Below, piece by piece: positions 40,325-50,597 of a stretch of DNA of 52,276 nt. Numbering within the stretch: position 1 is the first letter of the stretch; each line of letters begins with the position of its first letter. The stretch covers positions 1 through 52,276 of the forward strand of contig CAWHFW010000007.1 of assembly GCA_963828735.1 (NCBI GenBank), in the 5' to 3' direction. Under the pieces are notes generated by a model. The model saw nothing but the letters and a program-made list of their open reading frames with translations. It was not told the origin of the DNA and ran no database searches. The translations under genes and the position numbers were made by a program. Source of the DNA: an uncultured Gemmatimonadales bacterium. Lineage in GTDB: Bacteria; Gemmatimonadota; Gemmatimonadetes; Gemmatimonadales; GWC2-71-9.

Positions 40325-41011
40325 TGGCAACTCCCTGAACGCCGCCATCGCCTCAGCCACGAATGTCAGGAGCTTGACTCGGTCCTTCCGCCCGTCTGCC
40401 TCCTCGACGCCGGTGTGCACGTCCACTCCCGCCGGCCGCACCACCGAGATCGCCTGGCGCACGTTCGCCGGCGTGAGGCCGCCCGCCAGGATCACCGGCC
40501 TCGGCGAAAGCTCCACCAGCCGGCGGCTGAGCGCCCAGTCGTGCGTGCGGCCGGTGGCGCCCGCCGCGCCGGTATCGGGCGCGTAGGTGTCGGTGAGGAA
40601 GCCGTCCACGAGCGGCCCGAGCTCGATGACCAACCTCTCCAGGACCGACATCGGATGCTGCCCGACGACCAGGCTCTTGACGATGGTGAGCTCGGGGTCC
40701 AGCGCGCGCAGGCGCGCGAGCTCCGGCGCCGAAATGTCGCCGTGGAGCTGCACCATCCTCGCGCCCAGGGTCCTGCAGAACTCGACGATCGCGTCAGCCT
40801 GAACCAGGTAGGTGATGAGGACGCCGCGCGCGGGCGGCTGGAGGGATCGGATGATCGCCGCGGCTTCCGGCTCGGTGAGGTCTTCCCGGTTGACGGGTAG
40901 CCGGAGCGGGAAGCCGAGGTAGTGCACGCCGCATTCCTGAACGAGGGCGGCCTCGGCGGGGTCGCGGATGCCGGCGACCTGGATCAGGGGATTGTCCAGT
41001 GGAAGGCTCAT
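40289..41011 (-). CDS. trpF: Phosphoribosylanthranilate isomerase
   Basis: IQVAGI, VQLHG, FLTDT, GATGRTHDW, ILAGGLTPANV, GVDVHTGVE. Confidence 0.85.
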   Translation of the reverse strand: MSLPLDNPLIQVAGIRDPAEAALVQECGVHYLGFPLRLPVNREDLTEPEAAAIIRSLQPPARGVLITYLVQADAIVEFCRTLGARMVQLHGDISAPELARLRALDPELTIVKSLVVGQHPMSVLERLVIELGPLVDGFLTDTYAPDTGAAGATGRTHDWALSRRLVELSPRPVILAGGLTPANVRQAISVVRPAGVDVHTGVEEADGRKDRVKLLTFVAEAMAAFRELPRLPGSQARGRR

Positions 41012-41192
41012 ACCTGAGATAAGGTAAGAGAGGCCGGCCACCGCCCCCGGCAGCCTCGGCTCCTTTCACGTCGGTTTCACGCGTGGACGCGAGATTGGTC
41101 CTGAGTCGCTGACTTGGGCCCGAGGCTCGGCTGCTCGAGTCCCCCGATGGACATCTCGCACGATCCGCTTCCTCCCGAACCCGGAGTTGCCA

Positions 41193-41684
41193 ATGACACG
41201 CTGCCGCCGTGCCAGGATCAGTCTGCTCGCTGTTTCGCTCGCGTTGGTCGCGACCTCGGTGGCCAGCGCCCAGGGCATCGAGACACCGAGAGTTCCCGTG
41301 CGGACCGCAATCCAGGAGATCAACACCCTTCGCGCGGAGTACACGGACGGACTGAACAAGCAGGCGGTCGCGGCGCTCACGGCCATGTATCTGCGCGACG
41401 CGGTCGTGGTCCAGGCCGATGGAAGCACCCTCATGGGTCGAGAGGCGATCGGCGAGTCGCTGGCCAAGCAGGCGCCTAGCTGGGGACAGACCACCATCAC
41501 GCCCGATACGTTGCACGTGTTCGGCAACACCGCGTGGGAGGTGGGCACCATGAGCAGCCAAGGCTCCGATGGCGCGGTGAACAGCAGCAGCCGGTATCTC
41601 GCCGTGCTCCGGCGTGGCGTGACGGCCTGGAAGGTCAGCAGCGTGGCGCTCGTGCCTACGACTCGCGTGACCTCGACCAAATAA
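41193..41684 (+). CDS. Exported NTF2-like (DUF4440/SnoaL-like) protein
   Basis: Signal peptide; MYLRDAVV, GREAI, TAWEVG, YLAVLRR...WKV. Confidence 0.8.
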   Translation: MTRCRRARISLLAVSLALVATSVASAQGIETPRVPVRTAIQEINTLRAEYTDGLNKQAVAALTAMYLRDAVVVQADGSTLMGREAIGESLAKQAPSWGQTTITPDTLHVFGNTAWEVGTMSSQGSDGAVNSSSRYLAVLRRGVTAWKVSSVALVPTTRVTSTK

Positions 41685-41738
41685 GCGCGACGAACCCCAC
41701 TTGGGGCGCGCGGGGGCGCGCCCTAGGCCGGCCGATTT

Positions 41739-41818
41739 GAGATCGCGGCGCCCGGGGGAGCGCCGGCGGCGAGAGGTCCTTCGGGGCGCTGCAGTCGCCG
41801 GCGCGGGGGGACGCAGGC
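41739..41818. repeat. Degenerate fragment of the dual-hairpin element (H2, probably reversed)
   Basis: GAGATCGC, CCTTCGGGGCGCTGCAGTCGCCG and ACGCAGGC match the reverse complement of the H2 3' arm and tail. Confidence 0.5.
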
Positions 41819-41932
41819 AAACGACCTCGTGCCCCGGCTGGACCCAAACGTCAAAGAAGCCATGACGAGGGTCATGGCTCCTTCAATCAGTCTACTCTGG
41901 GCAAGCCAGGAGAATGACTCCGGGCCGGCAGG

Positions 41933-42469
41933 TCAGAAAGGACAGTTTCCAGGCGCGTCCGCGTCGATCCTGAGCGTAGCCCCCGGTGGCGCGAAATACG
42001 TCACGAGATTCTCGGCGACCGCGCCGCTTTCGTTTCGGGCGATGTGAGGGTGTTCGCCCAGGTCCAGGTATCCTTCACCTGCACTCCGAACGATCGGCTT
42101 GCACTCGGGATCGTCCGACATGTAGAACGTCATGACTCCCGAGACGACCTGAATGAACACCGGACCGGGATGGGTATGCCATCCGCTCTGCCCGCCGGGC
42201 TGAAACACGATGTCCTGCACCGCCAGGTCGAACGCGGGCTTCGCCTTGAGATCGAAGTGCCAGTCTTTGGTGATGCGGTTGACGTTGAAGGTCTGCCCGT
42301 CGGGATCTCCAAAGGTCGCGCGGCCGAGCAGCGTGGACTGCCCTCCGCTGGATGCGGTGAGCTCCGGTTTCAGCGTGGTCGGTGCAGCCGGCGAGCTCGA
42401 ATCGTCGCACCCCGCGGCCAGGGCGGCGGCGATGAGCGCGTTTCCCAGGGTCGCCATTCGAATAGACAT
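41933..42469 (-). CDS. Cupin-domain lipoprotein
   Basis: GGAGG RBS, LAAGC lipobox, PGGQSGWHTHPGPV, HIARNE. Confidence 0.85.
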   Translation of the reverse strand: MSIRMATLGNALIAAALAAGCDDSSSPAAPTTLKPELTASSGGQSTLLGRATFGDPDGQTFNVNRITKDWHFDLKAKPAFDLAVQDIVFQPGGQSGWHTHPGPVFIQVVSGVMTFYMSDDPECKPIVRSAGEGYLDLGEHPHIARNESGAVAENLVTYFAPPGATLRIDADAPGNCPF

Positions 42470-42604
42470 TTCCCCCTCCGAATTGAAGACATCTGATTGG
42501 ACGGCGACGGTGGCCGCCGCGGTCACGGCTGACAAGTGACCGCGAAACGCCAAGTCGAGCGTATCGCATACGCGTCTCCCAGCGAAACGACACTCGGCTG
42601 CGTG

Positions 42605-42633
42605 TTCACGGCCTGGTCAGCGGCAGGTATCTT
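42605..42633 (+). promoter_or_regulatory. Possible sigma70 promoter for the first BTAD regulator
   Basis: TTCACG-N17-TATCTT. Confidence 0.4.
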
Positions 42634-42690
42634 AGGAAGGGGCTGTCGTGGTGGTGTCGCGTGCGCGTCGTGCCTCGTAACTCACGTGCC

Positions 42691-45261
42691 ATGTTCATCC
42701 TGAGGTTGCTGGGCGGCGCCTCACTCGAGGGTCCGGACGGCCCGGTCGCGGGTCGGGCCGGGCTGCGGCACCGCCTCGCCCTGTTGGCCGTCCTGGGCGT
42801 CGAGCACCCCCGACCCGTCAGCCGGGACAAGCTGGTGGCGTATCTCTGGCCCGAGAGCGGCGCCGAGGATGGACGCCACCAGCTTCGCGATACCCTGTAC
42901 ATCCTCCGCTCGGCTCTCGGCGATGACGCCGTCCTCAGCGCTGGCGACGACCTCCGGCTCAACCCCGACCGGCTGACTTGCGATCTGTGGGAGTTCGAGG
43001 CGGCCTTCGCGCGCGAAGACCCCGCCGCCGCGGTTGGTGTCTACCGCGGTCCCCTGCTCAGCGGCTTTCATCTCCACGACGCGGACGAGTTCGAGCCGTG
43101 GGCCGACGGGAAACGGGCGCTCCTGGCCCGCCGGTACGTCCAGGCCCTCGAGAAGCTGGCGGAGCGGGAAATGCGGGACGGCGACCCCGTGCGGGCGGTC
43201 GAGTGGTGGGCGCGTCTGACCGGCGAGGATCCCTACAACTCGCGGATTGCCTTGCGCTACATGCAGGCGCTCGAGGCCGCCGGCGACCGGGCGGGCGCAA
43301 TGCGGCACGCCAGCGCGCACGCCGATCTGCTTCGCGCCGACCTGGGCGCCGTTCCCGAAGGCGAGGTTGAAGCCCTGGCGGAGCGGCTCAGGCTCGAGTC
43401 TCGCGCGGCCGCTCGGCCTTCGCCGGTCCCGGCACTCGCCGGAGCCAGCCCAGCTTTGTCGCTTTCGCCGGAGGGTGATGACGGCGCCGGACCGCCGAGT
43501 GCCCTGACCGAGCCGACGGATCGGCCTTCTCGCCGGGGATGGGTTCTGACCGCGATCCTAGGCCTTGGTCTGGTGGCGGGATTCGGAGCGTTCAGAACCA
43601 TGCTCTCGCGCGAGCGACACAAGGGACTCAATCCTCGGCGCGTCGCCGTCGCGGTATTCCAAAACCGCACGGGACGCCCCGAGCTTGACGAACTCGGCAG
43701 CATGACCGCCGACTGGATCATCCGGGGTCTGATGGAGACGCCGCTGATCAACGTCACGGACCTGCAGGCGGTCTACGCGCGCCCGGCGGATCGTTCGGGC
43801 GAGGGAACCGATCAGAGAGTACTGGCGCGGCGAGAGGGTGCCGGCCTGCTCGTCTCGGGCAGCTACTACCGCTCGGGGGACAGTGTGCTGTTCGAGGCAG
43901 GCATCGTGGACGTACCGAGCGGACGTGTCCTGCGGTCCTTCGCGCCCTTGGGGTCGGCGATCGATGCTCCCGCCGGCGCGCTGGAAGGGCTCCGGGAGGC
44001 GATCGCGGCCGGTCTCGGCGCGCTGATCGATCCCGCCAGTGACATCTCTCCAGTCGATCCCGACCTGGTACCACCGCCGAGCTATCCTGCCTACCGCGAG
44101 TTCATTGCCGGCCTCAAGAGCAGAACGCAGGACGATTGGGAAGCGGAGTCGCGACACTACCGCCGATCCGCCGAGCTGGATTCAGGCTTTACCGCGCCGC
44201 TGATCCAGCTCGCCTACCGAGGGATGCTGAGAGACGAGTGCCAGACCACCGACTCGATCGCAACCGCGCTCGATGGCCGCCGGGCTCGCCTGACGGCCTG
44301 GGACCGCTTCACCATCGATCTGCTGCGAGCCCGATGTCGGGGCGACATGGCGACCGCGGTTCGATTGCTCGGGCAACGGTACCAGGCCTACCCGCGCTCG
44401 CTGTCGGCCACCAGGCAATACGAATCGGCCCTGCAGCGCTCCAACCAGCTGCGGGCGGCGCAGCTAGTCCTGCGTGATCTCGGCCCCGACCTGACCGCGA
44501 GACCCGACTCCGGTGACGAGGACTTGGGTATCTACTGGTTGTGGTTGGCCGCATCCCACCACATGCTGGGCCAGTACCGAGAAGAGATCGAGGTCACGGA
44601 TCGCTGGCACGACTCGAGCGACGCGGACTGGCAGGTCACCCGCGGACGTGCCCTGGCCGCACTGGGACGGGAGGCAGAGGCCCTCGACCTGATCCAGAGC
44701 CTGAGCGCGCGCTCCATAGACTCGGTCGCGACGCCGAGCCTGGCGGTCGCAGCCGAGCTCGCGGCGCACGGACACCAGCGGGCCGCCACGGCCGTCGCCG
44801 AGAGCACCTTGCGGCGGCTGGAGTTGGGTTCGGGCGTGGAGCCGGCCCGGACCAGGAACGTCGCCGTGGCCAACCGGCTGCTGGGGCGGAGGGATCAGGA
44901 GAGGTTGGCCCTAGAGCAGATCGTCCGCCGCGATCCCGACTCGCTTGCAGTGCTGGAAGCAGAAGGGCGCGTGGCCGTGCTCCTGGCCGATACCGCAGTG
45001 GCGGAGCAAGTCGACCGCGCGCTGGCCGTGGAGAGTGATCGTCCCCTGAGGATTCCCACGGTCCGGGGCGCGCTCATCGTCGCCCGCGCCCATATCGCCG
45101 CCGGGTTCGGCCGGCGAGACAAGGCCGTGACGCTGCTGCGGGACGCCAAGGCTCGCGGGATGCTGCCGTTCGGTCCGTCGCACGCCTACCACGCCGACCC
45201 GCTCCTAGCACCACTGCGGGGCTATCCGCCGTTCGACGCGTTGCTGGTGCCTGACAACTGA
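42691..45261 (+). CDS. SARP/BTAD transcriptional regulator with TM helix, TolB-N-like and TPR regions
   Basis: LRLLGG, SRDKLVAYLWPE, LYILRSALG, CDLWEF, YRGPLLSGF, M..L.AAGDRA; TM; RVAVAVFQNRTG. Confidence 0.9.
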   Translation: MFILRLLGGASLEGPDGPVAGRAGLRHRLALLAVLGVEHPRPVSRDKLVAYLWPESGAEDGRHQLRDTLYILRSALGDDAVLSAGDDLRLNPDRLTCDLWEFEAAFAREDPAAAVGVYRGPLLSGFHLHDADEFEPWADGKRALLARRYVQALEKLAEREMRDGDPVRAVEWWARLTGEDPYNSRIALRYMQALEAAGDRAGAMRHASAHADLLRADLGAVPEGEVEALAERLRLESRAAARPSPVPALAGASPALSLSPEGDDGAGPPSALTEPTDRPSRRGWVLTAILGLGLVAGFGAFRTMLSRERHKGLNPRRVAVAVFQNRTGRPELDELGSMTADWIIRGLMETPLINVTDLQAVYARPADRSGEGTDQRVLARREGAGLLVSGSYYRSGDSVLFEAGIVDVPSGRVLRSFAPLGSAIDAPAGALEGLREAIAAGLGALIDPASDISPVDPDLVPPPSYPAYREFIAGLKSRTQDDWEAESRHYRRSAELDSGFTAPLIQLAYRGMLRDECQTTDSIATALDGRRARLTAWDRFTIDLLRARCRGDMATAVRLLGQRYQAYPRSLSATRQYESALQRSNQLRAAQLVLRDLGPDLTARPDSGDEDLGIYWLWLAASHHMLGQYREEIEVTDRWHDSSDADWQVTRGRALAALGREAEALDLIQSLSARSIDSVATPSLAVAAELAAHGHQRAATAVAESTLRRLELGSGVEPARTRNVAVANRLLGRRDQERLALEQIVRRDPDSLAVLEAEGRVAVLLADTAVAEQVDRALAVESDRPLRIPTVRGALIVARAHIAAGFGRRDKAVTLLRDAKARGMLPFGPSHAYHADPLLAPLRGYPPFDALLVPDN

Positions 45262-45266
45262 CCGCG

Positions 45267-46655
45267 TCACCGTAGCGGGCCCAGCTCAGGGTGGTACAGC
45301 GAGCGGATGCGCTGGGCGCGGAAGGGATAGCCGATGTTTCCCTCGATCTGCCAGGCCACAGCGCCGCCATTCTCGAATTCCTGCACCGCTCCACCATCCC
45401 CGAACGCCACCAGAATGTGGTGCCCGGGAAGCTCCTGCGTCGCACCGCCCAGCGAGGCTCGAATCGCGGTCGTCGGGGCGTACACGGCCGTGAGTCGCGC
45501 AGCGCGGCCCGCCTCATCCAGGGCGTAACGCTCCGCCCGGCTCCCCTCGACCTCTCCGAGGTTGTCCAGCAATTCGAGTCCGCCCTCCACCACCCGCATA
45601 CCGTGCTGCCTTAAGAACGGTGGCCCCGAGTCCGGGAAGGTGAACTCGTTCCTCGATCCCCCCATCCGCCACAGGACGGCACCCGTCCTGGTGTCGATCT
45701 TGATGACCTCGTTCAGGCTGCGAAAGGAGACTACCAGGTTGCCATCGTGATCCAGATCCAGCGCGTTTCCGTGGGTCCAGTTGACTGCCGCTCCGGACCG
45801 GCTCGCCGAGTCGAGATCGGTAATCGCAAGGTGGTCGAAGGGGCTCCAGTCGAAGAGGAGGCCACCGACAGGGTCGAGGTGCTGCACGACCGTTCCCGTG
45901 ACCTCCGCCCCCGCCAAGCCGCCGACGCCGGAGAGGTCCATGACATGAGTCTCGTCGCACATCAACCAATAGGACCCGTCGGGCTCGACCAGCACGTCGT
46001 GAAACCGCGGCCGGAGGCCGCGAGCGCAGCCGAGTCGGCGGGTCACCGTGCCGAGCGGATCGAGCTCCACCAGGGGCTCCAGGTCCGCCTCGTCCGGTGT
46101 GCTGGGCCGCGCGATGTAGCGACCATTGGCCTGGGCCTGAAAGTTGAGGCTGTGCCCCTCGAATCGGACATACCAGACCACGCGGCCGGTGTTGTCGATG
46201 ACGATACCGTACAAGCCGGTGGAGAAGAGCACGTAGCCGGGCGATGGCGCCGTCCCGCCGGCGTGAAACCGGGGGAGGTCGGCCGGCAGGGACCCGGTGG
46301 TGATGGTGAGGGGCTCGCTCGCGACCGTGTCGCGGTTGCCGAAGGCAACCAGCCGAAGCTCGTAGCTAATGTCCGGCAACAGGCCGAGGACCGGCACCGC
46401 GACCTCGCTCTCCCGCACGGACACGGCGGGGGTGACGCTGTCAAGGACAGTTCCCGGCATGCCGAACCGAACCGCGACACTGTCGGCGAACCGGGCGTGC
46501 CCGGTCACCAGCGCGCTCAGCACGTTCCCGGGGCTGAGGGCAGCCGCCACGGCCTCCAGCGCCGGTGGTGAGGGTGCGTGCACGTCGGTCGGCTCTCCGC
46601 ACCCCATGAGCGTCACCAATGCGGTCCAGCTCGCGTTGCGATTCATCCCGAGCAC
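45267..46655 (-). CDS. Aryl-sulfate sulfotransferase (ASST) family lipoprotein
   Basis: LMGC lipobox, FHD, WTHGNAL, SFRS, QH, FRAQRI. Confidence 0.85.
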   Translation of the reverse strand: MLGMNRNASWTALVTLMGCGEPTDVHAPSPPALEAVAAALSPGNVLSALVTGHARFADSVAVRFGMPGTVLDSVTPAVSVRESEVAVPVLGLLPDISYELRLVAFGNRDTVASEPLTITTGSLPADLPRFHAGGTAPSPGYVLFSTGLYGIVIDNTGRVVWYVRFEGHSLNFQAQANGRYIARPSTPDEADLEPLVELDPLGTVTRRLGCARGLRPRFHDVLVEPDGSYWLMCDETHVMDLSGVGGLAGAEVTGTVVQHLDPVGGLLFDWSPFDHLAITDLDSASRSGAAVNWTHGNALDLDHDGNLVVSFRSLNEVIKIDTRTGAVLWRMGGSRNEFTFPDSGPPFLRQHGMRVVEGGLELLDNLGEVEGSRAERYALDEAGRAARLTAVYAPTTAIRASLGGATQELPGHHILVAFGDGGAVQEFENGGAVAWQIEGNIGYPFRAQRIRSLYHPELGPLR

Positions 46656-47824
46656 TCGACGAAGAACGTGACGTCGTGAACCAGGCCCGCGGGGAACACG
46701 ATTTCGTCGGTGGGATTGTGGGACCCGCCGGGACTATGTCCGACGAGGTGGCAGCCGAGTGGCAGGTCGCCCAGGTAGAACCGGTGGATCCCGGGTGTCA
46801 CTCCCCTGACCAGGGTGCCGTTCGGGTCCAGATTGCCGAGACGCCTCCGTGCGCCGTAAGCGCAGTAGTAGCTGTCGTTGATGGTGCAGAGCCACACGCT
46901 ATACGCGCCCGCAGGGATGGTGCCGGTGGTCGAGGCGGTGACCCGCGCGACCGTCACGCAGGTTACGGTGAAGGCGACCTCGACTGTGTCCCTGATCAGA
47001 CCGCCCGCGGTTACAGTCACGGACTGGGGGGCGGTCTCGACGGTGCAGTTGTCCGCGGGTGTCAGGGCGATCACGTGGTCACCCGGCGGCACGCCGGGAA
47101 CGTATCCTCGCCCGCTCTCGCTCACGTCGAATGGATAGGGTATGCCACCATCCACTACCGCCTCGAACATGGCCCCCGCCCCGCCGCCGGAGAAAGCGAT
47201 TCCGATCACGCCGCTCGTCGCCGTGCAGACCACCGCGAACGCAACCGGTGTCACCTCGCCGGGGACGACGGCGACGGTGATGGGGCCGTCACCCGTGCAG
47301 TTTGATGCCAGGTCAGCAAGCTCGATGGTCCGGGTCCCGGGCTCGAGGCGAATGAAAAGCGCGCCGCTCGCGCGGATACCTCCCTGGTCGGTGCCGTCCA
47401 CCGCGACGCGATACCCATCCAGGTCGATGTCCAGGCCGGTCGTCGCCACCGTGATCTGGGCGCCGGTCGGTGGGGTCGGCGGACAGTGGACCTCGAACGC
47501 CACCAAGATCGTGTCCCCCACCGGGAGGTCCACCTCGAGCTCGGTGCCGGGGGCCACGTCGCAGTGGTCCGCCACACCCAGCAGGCGCAACGTATGCCGG
47601 CCGGATGTGAGGTCTAGCTCAGTCGTCTCCTGGATTTCCAGATGGAGTGAGTCCGCGTCGTCGACCGAGAGCAGGTAGCCATCCGTGTCGGGGTCGCCGC
47701 CCTCGGTCGACGTCGAGACGATCAGCGTCCCGGTCGAGGGGTCGGGAGGATCGGGGCCGTCGTGATCATTGCAGGCAGGCAGCGACAGCCCGACAGCCAG
47801 GAGGAGGATCGGAAGCCTCCGCAT
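46643..47824 (-). CDS. Hypothetical lipoprotein with DPDGY-type Ig-like repeats
   Basis: LPAC lipobox; DTDGY...GRHTLRLLGVADHC and DLDGY...LADLASNC. Confidence 0.8.
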   Translation of the reverse strand: MRRLPILLLAVGLSLPACNDHDGPDPPDPSTGTLIVSTSTEGGDPDTDGYLLSVDDADSLHLEIQETTELDLTSGRHTLRLLGVADHCDVAPGTELEVDLPVGDTILVAFEVHCPPTPPTGAQITVATTGLDIDLDGYRVAVDGTDQGGIRASGALFIRLEPGTRTIELADLASNCTGDGPITVAVVPGEVTPVAFAVVCTATSGVIGIAFSGGGAGAMFEAVVDGGIPYPFDVSESGRGYVPGVPPGDHVIALTPADNCTVETAPQSVTVTAGGLIRDTVEVAFTVTCVTVARVTASTTGTIPAGAYSVWLCTINDSYYCAYGARRRLGNLDPNGTLVRGVTPGIHRFYLGDLPLGCHLVGHSPGGSHNPTDEIVFPAGLVHDVTFFVECSG

Positions 47825-48050
47825 CTCAGCCCTTCGTTTCCCGCGTCTCACCTGTCATCGCCCGGTGACGAGCAAGGCGCAAAGCGCAAGGCGTTTCATG
47901 GCGAGCTCTCGCGTGAATGTTCGGGTGTGAGGTTCGGAACGCGCGGGCCGAGGGGCCGATGACCGTTCCGGAGCCGGTTACGGACGGGTATACTAGAGTC
48001 GCCGGGTCATGGCCGTGTCATGCGCGCGTCATGCCCCATAGGCTCTTGCG

Positions 48051-50590
48051 ATGTTCACACTTCGCTTGCTTGGCGGCGCCTCGCTCGACGGCCCGGACGG
48101 CTCCGTAGCCGGTCGAGCCGCCCTGCGCCAGCGCGTCGCGTTGCTGGCCCTCCTGTCGGTCGAGCATCCCCGTCCCCTGAGCCGCGACAAGCTGGTTGCC
48201 TCTCTCTGGCCCGAGAGCGGCACCGACGACGCGCGCCACCTCCTTCGCGAATCCCTGTACATCCTTCGCTCGGCATTGGGCGACGACTCGTTGCTCAGCA
48301 CCGGCGACGACCTCCGCTTGAACTCCGACCGCTTGACCTGCGATCTCTGGGAATTCGAGGCGGCGCTCGCCCGAAATGATCCCGGGGCCGCGGTCCGCTT
48401 GTACCGCGGCCCGTTCCTCAGCGGCTTCCATCTGTCCGATGCGGAGGAGTTCGAGCGTTGGCTTGAGGGAGAGCGGTCACGCCTGGCTCGGCGGTACAGC
48501 CAGGCGCTCGAGCAGCTGGCGGAGGGGCAAACGCGAGGCGGCGACCCGGTACGAGCGGTCGAATGGTGGTCGCGCCTGGCCGGCGAGGATCCTTACAACT
48601 CTCGTATCGCGTTGCGATACATGGAGGCTCTCGTTGCCGCCGGTGACCGTGCCGCTGCGCTGCGACACGCCAAAACCCATTCCAACCTGTTACGCTCCGA
48701 GCTCGACGCTGCTCCGGAGCAAGAGGTGGTCGCGCTGGCGGAGAGGCTCAGGCTCGATTCCCTCCCTGCCACGAACGAGTCGGCACCAACGGTCCGAGCG
48801 ATGTCGCCCGTGTCCGTTCTGCCTGATGGCGATGGCGGAGCGCCCCGGCCTGCTCCTACCGCCTCCGAAAGCGGACTCCAGGCACCCCGAAACTGGGCCG
48901 TTCCGGCCGTGCTCGCCCTCGCGATCCTAGTGGGACTGGGAGTGCTGGGGGGAAGCTCACGCGCGCGCGAGCTCCTGAACTCGCCCCCAGGCGGGTAGCA
49001 GCCGCCACCTTCGAGAACCGCACCGGACGGCCGGACCTGGACGATCTCGGCGCATTGGCCGCCGACTGGGTCATCCGCGGCGTGATGGAAACGCCGCTGG
49101 TGGATGTGACCGACCTCGAAGCGGTGTACCCAAGCGAAAAGGGCCGTTCCGAGCGTGCTGATCCGCTGAGCCTGGCCCGGCAGGACGGCGCCGGAATCGT
49201 GATCCGCGGGAGCTATTATCTCTCTGGCGACAGCGTGCTCTTCCAGGCGGGCATCGCGGATGTCGCCAGTGGCGTGTTCCTCAGGTCGTTCGACCCCGTC
49301 GGTGCACCGGTCGAGAGGGCCACCGACGCCCTCCAGGCGTTACGAGAGCAGATCGCCGCCGGTCTCGGCCCGGTCCTCAGTCCTCAACCACTGGCTGCCC
49401 CAATCGATCCCGAGCCGGGTCGACCGCCGAGCCTACCCGCCTACCGCGAGTTCGTGGCCGGGCTCAAGGAGCGAACGCTCGGTGCCTGGGAGTCCGAGGC
49501 CGAGCACTACCGCCGGGCAGCCCGGCTGGATTCGAGCTTCGTCGCACCACTGATCCAGCTCGCCTTCGGGGCAGTCTGGAGCGACGAGTGCGCCATCACG
49601 GATTCGGTCGGCGACGTGCTCGATCACCGGCGAGACCAGCTGACGACGTGGGACCGCCTGACCATCGGCGTGCTGCGTGCCCGCTGCCGGGGCGACAGGT
49701 CGGAGGAGGTGCGCCTTCTCGAACAACGGTACAGAGCCTATCCCCGTTCGGGTCTCGCGCAGGGCACGTACGCGACGCTCGCGCTGCAGGCAACCAATCG
49801 GCCGCGCGCCGCCCGCGAGATTCTCCTCCAATTCGTTCCCGAGCCGGAGTGGGAGCCGTGGTACTGGGAACACATGGCCGGCACCTGGCACATGCCGGGC
49901 GACTATGACGCCGAGCTCGACATCACCGATCGCTGGCGTGACTCCGCGAGCTGGGACTGGCGTGTAATCCGCGGCCGAGCGCTCGCCGCGCTGGGCCGCG
50001 ACCGGGAGGTGATGGACCTCCTCCGCGCCGCGGCCGGAGTGTCGGCCGATTCGTTGCACGACCTGCACCTCACCATCGCGACCGAGCTCGCGGTTCACGG
50101 GCATGTCCGGATGGCGATGACCGTAGCGGAGAGCACCCTGGCGCGACTCGAGCTCGGGCCGGACAGCGACTGGAGCCATACCGAGAACGTGGCCTGGGCG
50201 AATCGCCTGCTGGGTCGGAGGGAAGCGGAGCGGGAAGCGCTCGAACGCGTCGTCCGAGGGGATGCCGACACGCTCGCGAAGCTGGAAGCGGAAGCCCGGA
50301 TCGCCGTGCTGCTCGCTGATACGGCCAGGGCCGGAAGGATCGACAGCGTCCTCGCGGTCCAGAGCAACCGCCCTGCGAGGGTCGCGTGGACGCGCGGCGC
50401 CGAGATCCTCGCCCGGGCTCACATCGCCGCCGGCTTCGGCCGGCGAGAACAGGCCGTCGCCTTGCTCCGGGACGCGAGCGCCCGGGGCATGTTCCGCCTG
50501 GGCTCCTCGCACGCCTTTCACCAGGACCTGCTGCTCGCTCCGCTGCGGGGCTATCCGCCGTTCGACGCGTTGCTCGTGCCGGACAGCTGA
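48051..50590 (+). CDS. SARP/BTAD-TM-TPR regulator, paralog of 42691-45261; apparent frameshift at the G-run near 48950
   Basis: ORFs 48051-48998 and 49055-50590 are collinear with the paralog and share the C-terminus LAPLRGYPPFDALLVPD; possible promoter TTCCGG-N17-TATACT at 47966-47994. Confidence 0.88.
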
Positions 50591-50597
50591 CCGGCTT

